Positions 21,956-33,118 of a DNA stretch of 64,000 bases are shown here, piece after piece. The stretch comes from Gammaproteobacteria bacterium. GTDB taxonomy: Bacteria > Pseudomonadota > Gammaproteobacteria > Steroidobacterales > GCA-2729495. The notes beneath the pieces were generated by a model. The model was not told the origin of the DNA. It worked only from the letters and a program-made list of their open reading frames with translations, and did not search any database. The position numbers and the translations under genes were made by a program. Within the stretch, counting starts at the first letter, position 1. Every line of letters starts with the position of its first letter. The stretch spans positions 24,216-88,215 of the forward strand of contig DASCMH010000007.1 in assembly GCA_036010905.1 (NCBI GenBank), read 5' to 3'.

Positions 21956-22375
21956 CTATCTGATAGCCGTGATATCCGGCCTTAATTTATACAGTGCATC
22001 TACAATCGGCAGGTCAGCCGGCAACAACCCGACTTCCATCAGGGCCCTAACCGGTTCCCACCGCAACGCCTGACCCTCAACGCCGGTCGGTCGGCCGGAA
22101 TAGTTTTCGACAACAAACACGTGCAACCTGACCAGGCGTTCAGGGTATTCGTGGATATAGGTCAAAAGTTCACGGGCGGTATGGACCGTAATTCCGAGTT
22201 CTTCGTCCAGTTCCCGCACCAGCCCCTCGTACGATGATTCCGCAGCATTGATCTTGCCGCCGGGGAACTCCCACCAGCCAACCTGGTGCCGGCCGGCCGG
22301 CCGCTCCGCGATCAGGACCTGGCTAAAGTCATCGATCAGAATACCTGCAGCTACATTAATTAATGGCTTGTTCAA
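21956..22375 (-). CDS. mutT: Nudix hydrolase, MutT-like 8-oxo-dGTP diphosphatase
   Basis: 139 aa. Nudix box GGKINAAESSYEGLVRELDEELG. Located immediately downstream of secA, as in E. coli secA-mutT. Confidence 0.85.
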   Translation of the reverse strand: MNKPLINVAAGILIDDFSQVLIAERPAGRHQVGWWEFPGGKINAAESSYEGLVRELDEELGITVHTARELLTYIHEYPERLVRLHVFVVENYSGRPTGVEGQALRWEPVRALMEVGLLPADLPIVDALYKLRPDITAIR

Positions 22376-22401
22376 TGTAGATTAGAAGTTATCTTTCGCT
22401 C

Positions 22402-25128
22402 TCAACTCAGTTTACCGTGACAGTGCTTGTATTTTTTTCCTGACCCACAGGGGCATGTCTCATTACGGCCAATCTTGCGCCCCTCGCGAACAACCTGTTG
22501 CACCTGGGCCGCCTCTGCACCAGGCACAGCCTCTCCGTCACCCGACCCGTCCATTGCGGAAGGTGCTTCGGCGTGCCTGAATTCCATCTTCCGGCGCTGT
22601 TCTTCTGCGCGCCGTCCTTCCATCACCTCGACATCCTCCTCACTGCGCAATTGTGCACGGATCAGGATACCTGTGACATCTTTCTTAACATGATCAAGCG
22701 TGTCACCAAACATCTCGAAGGCCTCACGCTTGTATTCCTTCTTCGGATCCTTTTGTGCATAACCACGCAGATGAATGCCCTGACGCAGATAGTCGAGCGA
22801 AGCCAGGTGCTGTTTCCATTGCGCATCAAGCCGGCCCAACATCACAAGCTTTTCAAAATGGCGCATAGTTTCCGGCCCGATTTCGCCTACCTTGAACTTA
22901 TAATCAGCGTCAATCTTGTCAAGAATCAATGCCCGCAGTTTGTCCTCATCAATACCATCATTCTGTTCGACCATGGTCGCAAAATCGAAGATTGCACCGA
23001 AGTCATTTTTTAACGCCTGCTCAAGTCCGCCGAGATCCCAGTCGTCAACCGCCGAGCCAGCCAGCACATACTCCGCGATCACATCACTTATGACTTCTTC
23101 ACGTATCCCTGCTATTACATCGCTGAGATCCTCATCCTCCATCAACTCATTTCGTTGCTGATAAATAACGGATCTCTGATCGTTGGCAACATCATCATAT
23201 TCAAGCAGGGATTTGCGGGAATCAAAGTGGTGCGCCTCGACCTTCCGCTGCGCCCGCTCGATCTGACGGGTTAGCAATTTGCTTTCAATCGCCTCCCCGT
23301 CCTTCATGCCGACGCGAGTCAGCATATTCTTGGTGCGATCGGGATCACCAAATATTCGCATCAGATTGTCTTCCATAGACAAATAGAAACGACTCGATCC
23401 TGCATCTCCCTGACGACCCGAGCGACCCCGTAACTGGTTATCGATACGACGTGACTCATGTCGTTCCGTGCCAACAATATGCAACCCACCGGCATCAAGT
23501 ACGGCCATGTGTCGTTCTTTCCAGGCAGCCTCGATACCGCTAACGGTATCCGCATCAGCATCATCGCCAAGCGCCTTGATCTCGGCTTCCAGATTGCCAC
23601 CAAGGACGATATCGGTACCACGACCCGCCATGTTCGTCGCGATTGTTACGGCCCCGGGCAGTCCGGCATTTTCGACGATAAGCGCCTCGCGCTCATGCTG
23701 CTTGGCGTTCAAAACCTCATGTTTGATGCTGTCTTTCTTCAACAGGCCGGACAGGTATTCTGATGTTTCGATTGATGTCGTGCCGACCAGCACCGGCTGC
23801 CCCCTCTCCTGACAATCCTCGATATCCTCGATGATTGCATTGAACTTGTCCTGCTGAGTCAGGAACACGAGGTCGTGCTGATCATCACGAACCATCTCCC
23901 GATGGGTGGGAACAACCACAACCTCAAGACCATAAATTTGCTGAAATTCAAAGGCCTCTGTGTCTGCTGTCCCGGTCATACCCGACAGCGACTGGTACAT
24001 CCGGAAATAATTCTGGAAGGTTATCGATGCAACGGTTTGATTCTCTTCATTGACGACGACGCCTTCTTTCGCCTCCACAGCCTGGTGCAGCCCATCTCCC
24101 CAGCGCCTGCCCGGCATGGTTCTGCCGGTAAATTCATCAACAATAACAATCTCACCGTTCTGGACAACGTACTCGACATCAACCTTATACAGGGCATGTG
24201 CGCGTAAACCACCCGTAATGTGATGTATCAGTCGAATATTAGCCGCATCGTACAGACTCTCGTCTCTGCCGATCAGACCCGCCTTGGCCAACAGTTTCTC
24301 AACTGTTTCGTGTCCCCGTTCGGTAAGAAATGCCTGCTTGGTTTTCTCTTCGATGGTGTAATCACCCGGATGCTCCTCATCCTCCTCTAATTCGAGTTTG
24401 GGAATCAGATTATTTATTTTGATATACAGATCGGAGCTTTCATCTGATGCACCAGAGATAATCAAGGGTGTTCTGGCCTCATCGATCAGGATTGAGTCAA
24501 CCTCATCCACAATGGCAAACCCGAGTCCGCGTTGCATTTGATCTTGTTTTTGTTGCGCCAGGTTGTCACGCAGGTAATCAAAGCCAAACTCGTTATTCGT
24601 GCCATATGTGATATCGGCCTGATAGGCTTCGTATTTGTCCTCTCTGCTCTGGCCGGTATGAATGATACCAACCGACAAGCCGAGAAACTCGTAGACGGGC
24701 CGCATCCAGTTTGCATCTCGCCGGGCGAGGTAATCATTGACGGTAACAATATGTACCGGAATACCAGCGAGGGCGTTAACATAGGCTGGCAATGTCGCAA
24801 CAAGCGTCTTGCCTTCACCGGTACGCATTTCGGCGATGTTGCCTTCGTATAGCACCATGCCGCCTATCAATTGCACATCGAAGTGCCGTAACCTGAGCGT
24901 ACGCTTGGACGCTTCGCGCACGACGGAAAATGCTTCGGGCAGCAGGCTTTCCAGTTCGGCGCCATCGGCCAGCCGTTGCTTGAATTGCTGAGACTTGGAA
25001 CGCAACTCATCATCGGACAGCGACTCCAGTTCTGCCTCCATGGCAGAGATTTGCATGACAAGCTTTTGATACTGCCGCAGTAATCGCTGATTACGACTAC
25101 CAAACACTTTCATTAAAAAATTAGCCAA
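22402..25128 (-). CDS. secA: preprotein translocase ATPase SecA
   Basis: 908 aa. N-terminus (M)[19 protein letters not shown] from a TTG start with AAGGAA upstream. DEAD-like motor (MRTGEGKT), and a C-terminal zinc finger [14 protein letters not shown]. Confidence 0.97.
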   Translation of the reverse strand: MANFLMKVFGSRNQRLLRQYQKLVMQISAMEAELESLSDDELRSKSQQFKQRLADGAELESLLPEAFSVVREASKRTLRLRHFDVQLIGGMVLYEGNIAEMRTGEGKTLVATLPAYVNALAGIPVHIVTVNDYLARRDANWMRPVYEFLGLSVGIIHTGQSREDKYEAYQADITYGTNNEFGFDYLRDNLAQQKQDQMQRGLGFAIVDEVDSILIDEARTPLIISGASDESSDLYIKINNLIPKLELEEDEEHPGDYTIEEKTKQAFLTERGHETVEKLLAKAGLIGRDESLYDAANIRLIHHITGGLRAHALYKVDVEYVVQNGEIVIVDEFTGRTMPGRRWGDGLHQAVEAKEGVVVNEENQTVASITFQNYFRMYQSLSGMTGTADTEAFEFQQIYGLEVVVVPTHREMVRDDQHDLVFLTQQDKFNAIIEDIEDCQERGQPVLVGTTSIETSEYLSGLLKKDSIKHEVLNAKQHEREALIVENAGLPGAVTIATNMAGRGTDIVLGGNLEAEIKALGDDADADTVSGIEAAWKERHMAVLDAGGLHIVGTERHESRRIDNQLRGRSGRQGDAGSSRFYLSMEDNLMRIFGDPDRTKNMLTRVGMKDGEAIESKLLTRQIERAQRKVEAHHFDSRKSLLEYDDVANDQRSVIYQQRNELMEDEDLSDVIAGIREEVISDVIAEYVLAGSAVDDWDLGGLEQALKNDFGAIFDFATMVEQNDGIDEDKLRALILDKIDADYKFKVGEIGPETMRHFEKLVMLGRLDAQWKQHLASLDYLRQGIHLRGYAQKDPKKEYKREAFEMFGDTLDHVKKDVTGILIRAQLRSEEDVEVMEGRRAEEQRRKMEFRHAEAPSAMDGSGDGEAVPGAEAAQVQQVVREGRKIGRNETCPCGSGKKYKHCHGKLS

Positions 25129-25280
25129 ACCAGTTCCTTTAATTAGCTACCAGCGGTTGCGGTAAAGCCGCTTACCGATTCAAATATATTAAATTATGCG
25201 CCCGAGAGGCAGCTATTGTAATGGGTTCGGAGGGGTGCGGGAAATGCCGAAGGAACGAGGAACACCTGCGGCGGAAGTTG

Positions 25281-26201
25281 TCAGGTTGTCTGGCGAATAT
25301 ATTTCACGGGGTTAACCGGTCGCCCACGATGCCAAACCTCAAAATGCAGATTCGGACCCGTCGCCCGACCCGTCGAGCCCATCAAGGCAATCTTCTGCCC
25401 CGGCTGGATTTGATCCCCCAGTGCTACGAGATTCCGCTCATTATGGGCGTAGCGCGTGACATAACCGTTGCCATGGTTGATTTCTACCATGTTGCCGTAA
25501 CCTGAACGTGAGCCGGAATAGGTCACCACACCGCCGGCAACAGCCACAACGTCGCTGCCGCTCTTGCCCGCAAAATCGATACCTCGATGATTAGCCGACT
25601 TGCCGTTGAAAGGATCGGTGCGCTTGCCAAAGTAGCTCGAAATATAGCCCGATTTAACCGGTCGTCCTTGCGGATAAACACGTTCATGAAGTTTACGATT
25701 CAGCATCAGTCGTTCGAGCACCAATAACTGCTGTTCCTGGTCATAAAGCAAACGATCCATCGAGTCGATCGCAACAAAAAAGTCACTGACCTGCCCCGTC
25801 TCTGGTCCGGCAGCAGGTTCTAACGGCCCACCGAGGGCCGGTTCGCTGACAAAATCGAATTCACCATCATCAAGATTAGCCATATCGGTCAACCGATGAC
25901 CAAGAGCATCGAGACGAATTGCACTCGCATTCAACGCACCCATCCGCACCGCCAGTGCATCCAGTTGCTGCTGGGCATGATGCCTCAGTTCGGTGAGTTC
26001 AGCCTGCTGCGCACCAAGACCCACGCGTATTTCATCGAGATCGGCTACCGACTGTGCGGACGCCATTGAACGGGCAAACAGAGCCCCACCACTAGCAATC
26101 AGGAGAGTGAGTAAAAATATCACGCTGCCCACAAGAACCGGCATTGAAATGTGAATATGGCGAGCAGCGGCCCTGCTCTCCGTCAGCATAATCAGTTTCA
26201 T
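25281..26201 (-). CDS. M23 (LytM-domain) family peptidase with N-terminal TM and coiled-coil
   Basis: 306 aa. TM segment (PVLVGSVIFLLTLLIASGG), a Gln/Leu-rich coiled-coil, and a LytM domain with HRGIDFAG (HxxxD). The usual GPHLHFE motif reads GPNLHFE (see findings). Confidence 0.85.
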   Translation of the reverse strand: MKLIMLTESRAAARHIHISMPVLVGSVIFLLTLLIASGGALFARSMASAQSVADLDEIRVGLGAQQAELTELRHHAQQQLDALAVRMGALNASAIRLDALGHRLTDMANLDDGEFDFVSEPALGGPLEPAAGPETGQVSDFFVAIDSMDRLLYDQEQQLLVLERLMLNRKLHERVYPQGRPVKSGYISSYFGKRTDPFNGKSANHRGIDFAGKSGSDVVAVAGGVVTYSGSRSGYGNMVEINHGNGYVTRYAHNERNLVALGDQIQPGQKIALMGSTGRATGPNLHFEVWHRGRPVNPVKYIRQTT

Positions 26202-26482
26202 CAGACCCGTCCCAACCTCTGTACCATCAGCGTATGGCCCAATCTCCGCCTAGCAGGCCTTTTGACGGTTGATTTCATTAGCTTTATCAGAACCAACAAC
26301 CCAAAGGAAGCTGGTTCGAAATACTCCAATTTGCAACCCCGCTATCATTGGCAAAACCGTTAGACCGGTAGTTTTGCGCCCCCATCTTTCGACGAGTATG
26401 CCTTTGCGCGCTAGACTATGCCGAATGCCACAAGCCAAGACAAGGAATGCACCCCATATCCACCTATTTAACTTAATGTAAT

Positions 26483-26794
26483 ATGTCAAATAATAAACCT
26501 AAGTCATTGTCTGAATTACTCAGCTCTCCAAAATCTCAAATAGGGCAGCTGGCTGCCCGGGCACGCGCAAAAGTTGCTTTAACCGACCATATCCGCAAAG
26601 GGCTGGCACCTGATCTCGCCGCCGAGTTGATCAATTGCACGCTGCAAGACGATGGTACGCTGGTCATCCGGGCCTCGAGTCCGGAGTGGGCAACCCGGCT
26701 AAGATTTGACAGCGAACGGTTGCTGGAGCTCGGACGCCAGCGCCACCCGGGAGCAACCCAGGTCAAGGTAAAGGTGGCACACCCGGGATACTAG
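26483..26794 (+). CDS. DUF721 (DciA-like) domain protein
   Basis: 103 aa. The pattern ...LAPDLAAELINCTLQDDGTLVIRASSPEWATRLRFDSERLLELG resembles DUF721. A DUF721 gene is found between lpxC and the M23 peptidase/secA in Pseudomonas-type gene order. Assignment is by recognition, not search. Confidence 0.6.
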   Translation: MSNNKPKSLSELLSSPKSQIGQLAARARAKVALTDHIRKGLAPDLAAELINCTLQDDGTLVIRASSPEWATRLRFDSERLLELGRQRHPGATQVKVKVAHPGY

Positions 26795-26892
26795 TCAGAT
26801 CCATCGTCTCATGCGGCAGCTGACCGGTAATAACTGGTACATCCTGCAGGCGCGCATTGGCAAAACCCTGCACATCGGAAAAAATTTAAGAA

Positions 26893-27801
26893 TCAAGCGA
26901 CAACTGGCGTGGAGTAGGAAACCGGCGCCTTGCTGGTGTCATCAAATGTAACCATTTCCCAGGCACTTTCGTCATCCAGCAAAGCCCGCACCAGCTGGTT
27001 ATTCAAACCATGGCCAGACTTATAGCCACTGAATTCGCCCAGCAAGCTGTGACCCAGCAGATACAGGTCACCAATCGCATCAAGAATCTTGTGACGCACG
27101 AACTCATCTTCGTAACGTAAGCCATCTGCATTCAGAACCCGATAGTCGTCGAGGACAATCGCATTTTCCATCGTACCGCCAAGCGTCAGGTTACTGGCTC
27201 GCAGTGCTTCAATATCACGAAGAAAGCCAAACGTACGCGCACGACTGACCTGTTTGACGAAAGATGTGGTCGAAAAATCGATACTCGCGGTTTGTGCATG
27301 CCGCTTGAAGATCGGGTGATCGAAATCAATGCTCAGGTTGACCTTATACCCATCATGGGGTTTGAACTCAGCCCACTTTTCGGCATCCTCAACGCGCACC
27401 GTTTTCCTGATTCGGATGAAACGCTTCAATGCGCTCTGTTCGGCGATACCCGCCGATTGCAACAGGAATACAAAGGGCGCAGAACTGCCATCCATAATCG
27501 GCACTTCCGGGGCACTCAGATCAATAAATGCATTGTCGATACCGAGTCCGGCCAGTGCCGCCATCAGGTGTTCAACCGTTGCCACCACGGCCTGTCCCTG
27601 CACCAGCGTCGTGCCCAGCATCGTGTCGCCCACTGACTTTGCATCAGCCTTGATGTCGGTGGGTGGCTCAAAATCAAGACGCCGAAAAACAATACCGGAA
27701 TTCTCGGCTGCCGGTCGAATGGTCATATAAACCTTCCGACCTGAATGCAGCCCGATTCCGGTCGCCCGGATTGAATTTTTCAATGTTCGCTGTCTGAGCA
27801 T
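26893..27801 (-). CDS. lpxC: UDP-3-O-acyl-N-acetylglucosamine deacetylase
   Basis: ATG at 27801 gives [31 protein letters not shown], the canonical LpxC N-terminus. The track ORF's 19 extra codons are read-through. Located downstream of ftsZ, as in E. coli. Confidence 0.96.
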   Translation of the reverse strand: MLRQRTLKNSIRATGIGLHSGRKVYMTIRPAAENSGIVFRRLDFEPPTDIKADAKSVGDTMLGTTLVQGQAVVATVEHLMAALAGLGIDNAFIDLSAPEVPIMDGSSAPFVFLLQSAGIAEQSALKRFIRIRKTVRVEDAEKWAEFKPHDGYKVNLSIDFDHPIFKRHAQTASIDFSTTSFVKQVSRARTFGFLRDIEALRASNLTLGGTMENAIVLDDYRVLNADGLRYEDEFVRHKILDAIGDLYLLGHSLLGEFSGYKSGHGLNNQLVRALLDDESAWEMVTFDDTSKAPVSYSTPVVA

Positions 27802-28047
27802 AGGCCTGACTTGATTACACAGCAATTTAACGGACAGAAGCTTGCTTTCCGCGCACAAAAAACTGTGAACATCACTCCCTGTTTACTTGCAAACCATTGA
27901 ATATAAGGTGAAAAATTAGGTTGCGCACAATTTACCAACCCGTAACGCGGACTACGCTACCACATGAAGGAAGAAATACACAGCCTAATAAATCAATTTA
28001 ACTATTGCGCACTACCCCCTTTTGTCATAAAAACCAGTGTTTTGGGC

Positions 28048-29208
28048 TCAGTCGGCCTGACGACGCAGGAATGCCGGAATATCGAGTAAATCGAATTTCG
28101 GCTGTTCGGGAACCGTGGGCATCGCTGCTGCCTTCTGACGCACTGTAGTCGGCCGCTCCAATTCCCCGTAATTCGGCGCCGCCACTTCGTTTTGCGGAAC
28201 ATGGGTGTCAACAATGTGGATTGACGGTGTCGCCTGCTTGGCAACCGGCTGGCCCAGACCCGTGGCAACGACTGTGACCCGGATATTATTGCTCATGTCA
28301 GGGTCAATAACAGTGCCGACCACAACAGTCGCATCGTCCGAGGCATATTCCTTTATGGTGTCGCCCACCGCCTGGAATTCACCAATTGCCAGATCCTTGC
28401 CGGCGGTAACATTAACGAGAATACCGCAAGCTCCTTGCAAATTGATATCCTCAAGCAACGGACTCGAAATTGCTGCCTCAGCTGCCTCACGGGCGCGATC
28501 TTCACCTGCAGCACTGCCCGAACCCATCATTGCCATACCCATCTCACCCATAACCGTTCGCACGTCAGCAAAGTCAACATTAATCAGGCCAGGCCGCGTG
28601 ATCAGTTCGGCGATACCCTGCACAGCACCCTGCAGGACTTCATTTGCCGCTTTAAATGCATCGAGCAGGGTTGTTTCCGGCCCGAGCACCGACAGCAATT
28701 TCTCATTCGGAATCGTAATCAGTGAATCGACATATTTGCCAAGATCATGAATGCCCTGCTCTGCCACCGATGAACGCTTACCACCTTCCATGATGAACGG
28801 CTTGGTCACAACCGCCACGGTCAGAATCCCGAGCTCACGTGCAACCTGTGCGACAACTGGTGCCGCGCCGGTACCGGTGCCGCCGCCCAGCCCGGCTGTA
28901 ATGAACAGCATATCGGTACCTTCGACAACCTCCTGGATGCGGTCGCGATCTTCCATTGCTGCCTGTCGACCAATCTCAGGATCGGCACCGGCACCCAGGC
29001 CCTTGGTAATATTGCAACCTATTTGTAAGGGTATCCTTACATTCGTACCCTGCAGCGCCTGAGCATCCGTATTGGCGCAAATAAAATCTACGCCTTCTAT
29101 GCCACAACCAACCATGTGTTTGACCGCATTACCGCCGCCACCACCGACTCCCAGTACCTTGATTACAGCGTTCTGACTGTATCCATCCATTAGTTCAAAC
29201 ATCGACAT
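28048..29208 (-). CDS. ftsZ: cell division GTPase FtsZ
   Basis: 386 aa. Tubulin signature [10 protein letters not shown] and the C-terminal conserved peptide [14 protein letters not shown]. Confidence 0.98.
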   Translation of the reverse strand: MSMFELMDGYSQNAVIKVLGVGGGGGNAVKHMVGCGIEGVDFICANTDAQALQGTNVRIPLQIGCNITKGLGAGADPEIGRQAAMEDRDRIQEVVEGTDMLFITAGLGGGTGTGAAPVVAQVARELGILTVAVVTKPFIMEGGKRSSVAEQGIHDLGKYVDSLITIPNEKLLSVLGPETTLLDAFKAANEVLQGAVQGIAELITRPGLINVDFADVRTVMGEMGMAMMGSGSAAGEDRAREAAEAAISSPLLEDINLQGACGILVNVTAGKDLAIGEFQAVGDTIKEYASDDATVVVGTVIDPDMSNNIRVTVVATGLGQPVAKQATPSIHIVDTHVPQNEVAAPNYGELERPTTVRQKAAAMPTVPEQPKFDLLDIPAFLRRQAD

Positions 29209-29226
29209 ATCTCCTTACAACAACAA

Positions 29227-30465
29227 CTAAAAATTACCTTGAAACCAGGATTTCATTCGTTCCCAAACTTCCCGAAATCCACCGCTGAGCTGGCCATCAC
29301 CCAGATAATGCGATTCAGCCCGATTGCGCGCATATAACAACAGGCCTACGCCAGTTGCATGAATCGGATTACGCACAACATCACTGAGGCCATACACATG
29401 CTGTGGCAGGCCAAGACGTACCGGCATGTGGAAAACTTCCTCGGCCAGTTCGATCGCACCTTCCATTTTCGAACTGCCGCCGGTTAACACGACTCCTGCT
29501 GCTACCATGTCTTCGAACCCGCTGCGCCGCAGTTCGTCGCGAATCAAACTGAACAGTTCTTCGTAACGTGGCTCAATGACCTCGGCCAGTGTCTGGCGCG
29601 CCAGCTTGCGCGGCGGGCGATCGCCTACACTCGGCACTTCAATCGTCTCATCCCGGTTGGCAAGCTGGGACAAACAGCACGCATACTTGACCTTAATTTC
29701 CTCGGCATACTGGGTCGGAGTACGCATTGAGATCGCTATATCATTGGTAACCTGATCACCGGCAATCGGAATTACTGCCGTGTGCTTAATTGCACCACCG
29801 TTAAATACCGCGATATCGGTCGTCCCGCCGCCGATATCAACCAGACAAACACCGAGCTCCATCTCATCATCGGTTAATACCGCATAACTCGAAGCCAGCT
29901 GTTCAAGCACCACATCACCAACCGCGAGACCGCAACGCTGAACACATTTGACAATATTTTGTGCGGCACTGGCGGCACCGGTAACCATGTGCACACGTGC
30001 CTCAAGTCGCACCCCTGACATGCCGATTGGCTCACGAATACCTTCCTGGCCATCGATAGTGAATTCCTGCGGCAGGACATGCAGGATGCGCTGATCGGCC
30101 GGAATTGCAACTGCGCGAGCCGCATCGATGACACGTTCCACATCGGACCGTACAACCTCTCCGTCATGAATCGCCACGATACCGTGAGAGTTCAGACTGC
30201 GCACATGACTGCCTGCGATGCCGGTAAATACCGAGTTGATTTCGCAACCGGCCATGAGTTCAGCCTCTTCAATTGCGCGCTGGATAGAATTAACCGTTGA
30301 CTCGATATTGATGACAACACCTTTCTTGAGTCCGCGTGAGGGATGAATACCGAAGCCGATAACTTCCAGTTCCCCCTCTTCATTAACCTCACCAACAATT
30401 GCGACAACTTTCGAAGTGCCAATATCCAACCCGACAATCAGACCCTTATCCACCTTCTTAGACAT
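29227..30465 (-). CDS. ftsA: cell division protein FtsA
   Basis: 412 aa. Actin-like ATPase fold (VGLDIGTSKVVAIVGE..., DIGGGTTDIAVF) and a C-terminal amphipathic helix. Confidence 0.97.
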   Translation of the reverse strand: MSKKVDKGLIVGLDIGTSKVVAIVGEVNEEGELEVIGFGIHPSRGLKKGVVINIESTVNSIQRAIEEAELMAGCEINSVFTGIAGSHVRSLNSHGIVAIHDGEVVRSDVERVIDAARAVAIPADQRILHVLPQEFTIDGQEGIREPIGMSGVRLEARVHMVTGAASAAQNIVKCVQRCGLAVGDVVLEQLASSYAVLTDDEMELGVCLVDIGGGTTDIAVFNGGAIKHTAVIPIAGDQVTNDIAISMRTPTQYAEEIKVKYACCLSQLANRDETIEVPSVGDRPPRKLARQTLAEVIEPRYEELFSLIRDELRRSGFEDMVAAGVVLTGGSSKMEGAIELAEEVFHMPVRLGLPQHVYGLSDVVRNPIHATGVGLLLYARNRAESHYLGDGQLSGGFREVWERMKSWFQGNF

Positions 30466-31276
30466 GCGGCTTCACTCCATCCCTGGACTTCGCATTCATT
30501 GGCGTACGGTTTTTCCAACCAATAGCAAAGCCATTTGTATATCGCATATCGATGTAATCCACGTCTTCCGCCTGTGCAGTGACTACCTTGTCCAGTGCTT
30601 CAAAGAAACGATCCAGCCGGGTTTCTAACAATCGGGCGCCAAGTCGCACCCGAATTCCGCTGGTCAATTGCATTTCCCATGCGCCGCGCTCATCAAGTTG
30701 CAATGACACAGCAGCCAGACCACGGCGTTCGAGCCGTGCTTCAACCCGGAAAAACATTTTGGCCACGCGATGTTCCGTGCCCATCGGCCCATTGAGTAAA
30801 GGCAGTTCAGCCGGAACATGAGAAATATTTTCAATAAACAATTCGCCATCAATATTAAGCAACCCGGCATCACCCCAACGCGCGGCCGGACTCTGCTCTA
30901 TGATGCTTACCTCTAAGGTGCCCGGCCAGCGGCGCCGCACCATGGCGTTGGCAACCCATGGCAATTCCTGCAACTGGCGGCGCATGGCGTGCAGATCGGC
31001 GCTCAAAAACCCGGTCTGTATATATCGTTCCAGCGCATCCTCTGCCTGAATTGCAGTCACACGTTCGAACGCACCGTTAATGACAACCGCCTGAATTGGC
31101 CGGTTCATCATCCACAGAGTTGCAACGTAGACAGTCAACGAGACCACCAAAACCGCACACAGGGTAATCAATCGCACCCACTGCACTCGTTGCAAATTAT
31201 CCTTTAGCGCAGCACTCAGGGTCTGCAGCACATTCGGCTGCTGCTTTTTGGCCTTGCGCTTACGATTAACCGCCAT
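30458..31276 (-). CDS. ftsQ: cell division protein FtsQ
   Basis: 272 aa. Basic N-terminus, a single TM segment, and POTRA plus FtsQ beta domains. Position between ddl and ftsA. Confidence 0.9.
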   Translation of the reverse strand: MAVNRKRKAKKQQPNVLQTLSAALKDNLQRVQWVRLITLCAVLVVSLTVYVATLWMMNRPIQAVVINGAFERVTAIQAEDALERYIQTGFLSADLHAMRRQLQELPWVANAMVRRRWPGTLEVSIIEQSPAARWGDAGLLNIDGELFIENISHVPAELPLLNGPMGTEHRVAKMFFRVEARLERRGLAAVSLQLDERGAWEMQLTSGIRVRLGARLLETRLDRFFEALDKVVTAQAEDVDYIDMRYTNGFAIGWKNRTPMNAKSRDGVKPHV

Positions 31277-32255
31277 CCATCGCCTCCAGTGATTCTTCTT
31301 TGCTCAAGGACCCGACCACACTCGTCTCGAGAATTCGCCAGACCAGCTCTGCAAAATCAATCCCGGCCGCCTTTGCCGCCATTGGAACAAGGCTGTGGGC
31401 TGTCATCCCAGGCACCGTATTAACTTCAAGCAATAACGGCTCGCCTGTTTCGCCAAGCATAAAGTCCACCCGACCCCAGCCACTCGCACCGACCGCAGAG
31501 AATGCCCGTAATGCCATCTCCTGCCATTCACGCTCGCATTCGGGACTCACCTTGCACGGACAGACATAATGAGTCTGGTCACTAAAATACTTTGCCTCGT
31601 AGTCATAGAATGTATTTGCCGCATCGATACGCACCAATGGCAGTGCCTCACCTTGCAGTACACCGACGGTGTATTCGCTTCCGCTAACCCAACTCTCGGC
31701 AAGCACTTCACAATCATACTGAGCTGCTGTGGTATACGCCGTTGCCAGTTCATCTGCCCGGGTAACACGTACCAGACCGATACTGGAACCTTCTGCAACA
31801 GGCTTGATCATCAGCGGCAGTCCAAGCGCATCGATGGTCGCGGAAAAATCCTGTGAACCCGTGACCAGCCGGTATTCAGGTGTACCCAACCCGGCACCGG
31901 CAATCAATTGTTTGGTACGCAGCTTATCCATGCTGATCGCAGATCCCTTGATGCCACTGCCCGTATAAGGAATGTCCAGCAATTCGAGCAACCCCTGAAC
32001 GCTCCCGTCTTCACCACCCCGACCATGCAGCGCAATCCAGGCCCGGTCGAATGTCCCGGACTGCAGCGTGGCGACAAGATCATCAGCGGCATCGATACGA
32101 TGCGCATCAATCCCACGTGTACGCAATGCCTTATGTACGGCAGCACCAGACAGCAATGAAATCTCACGTTCGGCCGAGCATCCGCCCAACAACACCGCCA
32201 CCTTGCCAAACCGATGCGGATCGTCGACCACGACTCTCTTTTCACTCGCGCTCAT
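31266..32255 (-). CDS. ddl: D-alanine--D-alanine ligase
   Basis: 329 aa. ATP-grasp fold (VAVLLGGCSAEREISLLSG..., HGRGGEDGSVQGLLE). Position in the dcw cluster. Confidence 0.95.
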   Translation of the reverse strand: MSASEKRVVVDDPHRFGKVAVLLGGCSAEREISLLSGAAVHKALRTRGIDAHRIDAADDLVATLQSGTFDRAWIALHGRGGEDGSVQGLLELLDIPYTGSGIKGSAISMDKLRTKQLIAGAGLGTPEYRLVTGSQDFSATIDALGLPLMIKPVAEGSSIGLVRVTRADELATAYTTAAQYDCEVLAESWVSGSEYTVGVLQGEALPLVRIDAANTFYDYEAKYFSDQTHYVCPCKVSPECEREWQEMALRAFSAVGASGWGRVDFMLGETGEPLLLEVNTVPGMTAHSLVPMAAKAAGIDFAELVWRILETSVVGSLSKEESLEAMDGG

Positions 32256-33118
32256 GCGGGCTCTCCGACGATATGCACTTCGAGCTTAAGCCTTACCCCG
32301 TGCCGCTCTTCAACGGTATCGCGCACATGGTCTATCAACGCTTCGACATCAGCCGCGCTCGCACCACCCGTATTGACAATAAAGTTTGCATGTTTCTGCG
32401 AGACTTCTGCGCCACCGATCCGGTGGCCTTTCAGCCCGGTGGTTTCGATCAGTTGTGCAGCAAACTCGCCGGGTGGATTACGAAATACCGACCCACAACT
32501 CGGCACACCAAGCGGTTGCTTTTCCTGTCTTTCACGCATCAGGGACCTGACTGCGGCAACGTTGTCACCGACCTGTTCAACAAATTCAAATCGCGCGGTC
32601 AGAAACCACTCATCGGCCGGACCGTCAACCTGTCGATAGCCAATGCTGAACTCGGATTTCTGTCGGGTCTGTATCGTACCGTTACGATCGATGGTATCGA
32701 CATCGATAATGCTGTCCCACGTTTCACCGTTGAATGCTCCGGCATTCATGGCCAGTGCGCCGCCGACCGTACCCGGAATGCCGGCAAAAAATGCCGATGG
32801 GCCGAGTTGCCAGCGGATACAGCGGCGCGCCAGTGTCGTACAGGGCATGCCTGCGCCGGCTTCGATAACATGATCGGATACCCGCGTCACATCACCCAGT
32901 GCCCTGGTTGCCGTAATGACTGCCCCGCGTATTCCACCGTCACGAACCAGCAGATTGCTGCCAAGCCCGGTCCAGTGCACCGGCATGCCACGATCTAATT
33001 CACCGAGAAAAGACTGCAGTTCAGCAATCGATTGCGGTTGAAAATAGATATCGGCCGGCCCGCCAAGACGCCACGTTGTGTGGTGCGACATCGGTTCATT
33101 CTTCAGGGTCGCATTCAC
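32252..33118 (-). CDS. murB: UDP-N-acetylenolpyruvoylglucosamine reductase
   Basis: 288 aa. FAD-binding PCMH domain (GLGSNLLVRDGG) and C-terminal MurB domain (SCGSVFRNP). Confidence 0.95.
   Translation of the reverse strand: MNATLKNEPMSHHTTWRLGGPADIYFQPQSIAELQSFLGELDRGMPVHWTGLGSNLLVRDGGIRGAVITATRALGDVTRVSDHVIEAGAGMPCTTLARRCIRWQLGPSAFFAGIPGTVGGALAMNAGAFNGETWDSIIDVDTIDRNGTIQTRQKSEFSIGYRQVDGPADEWFLTARFEFVEQVGDNVAAVRSLMRERQEKQPLGVPSCGSVFRNPPGEFAAQLIETTGLKGHRIGGAEVSQKHANFIVNTGGASAADVEALIDHVRDTVEERHGVRLKLEVHIVGEPA

Noticed and set aside
25129-25280. Possible secM-like leader peptide or regulatory element in the 152-bp region upstream of secA.
   Set aside because: I found no ORF with an arrest-peptide-like sequence and no convincing structure. 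secM is restricted to enterobacteria and close relatives. I treat this region as an ordinary 5' UTR and promoter.
26250-26489. A 79-aa ORF (minus) and a 70-aa ORF (plus) in the divergent region between the M23 peptidase gene and the DUF721 gene.
   Set aside because: They have no SD sequence and no recognisable motif, they overlap each other in a promoter region, and their composition resembles non-coding sequence.
32051-32998. Long antisense ORFs opposite well-supported genes: 32051-32998 (315 aa, opposite ddl/murB), 2786-3613 and 4256-5083 (opposite clpB), 10766-11551 (opposite sucC), 39831-40562 (opposite murF), 52976-53701 (opposite murA) and 56740-57471 (opposite kdsC/lptC).
   Set aside because: Their translations are low-complexity or Arg/His/Cys-rich with no recognisable motifs. 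Each lies entirely inside a confidently identified gene on the other strand. Such stop-free antisense frames are expected from the codon bias of the real genes.
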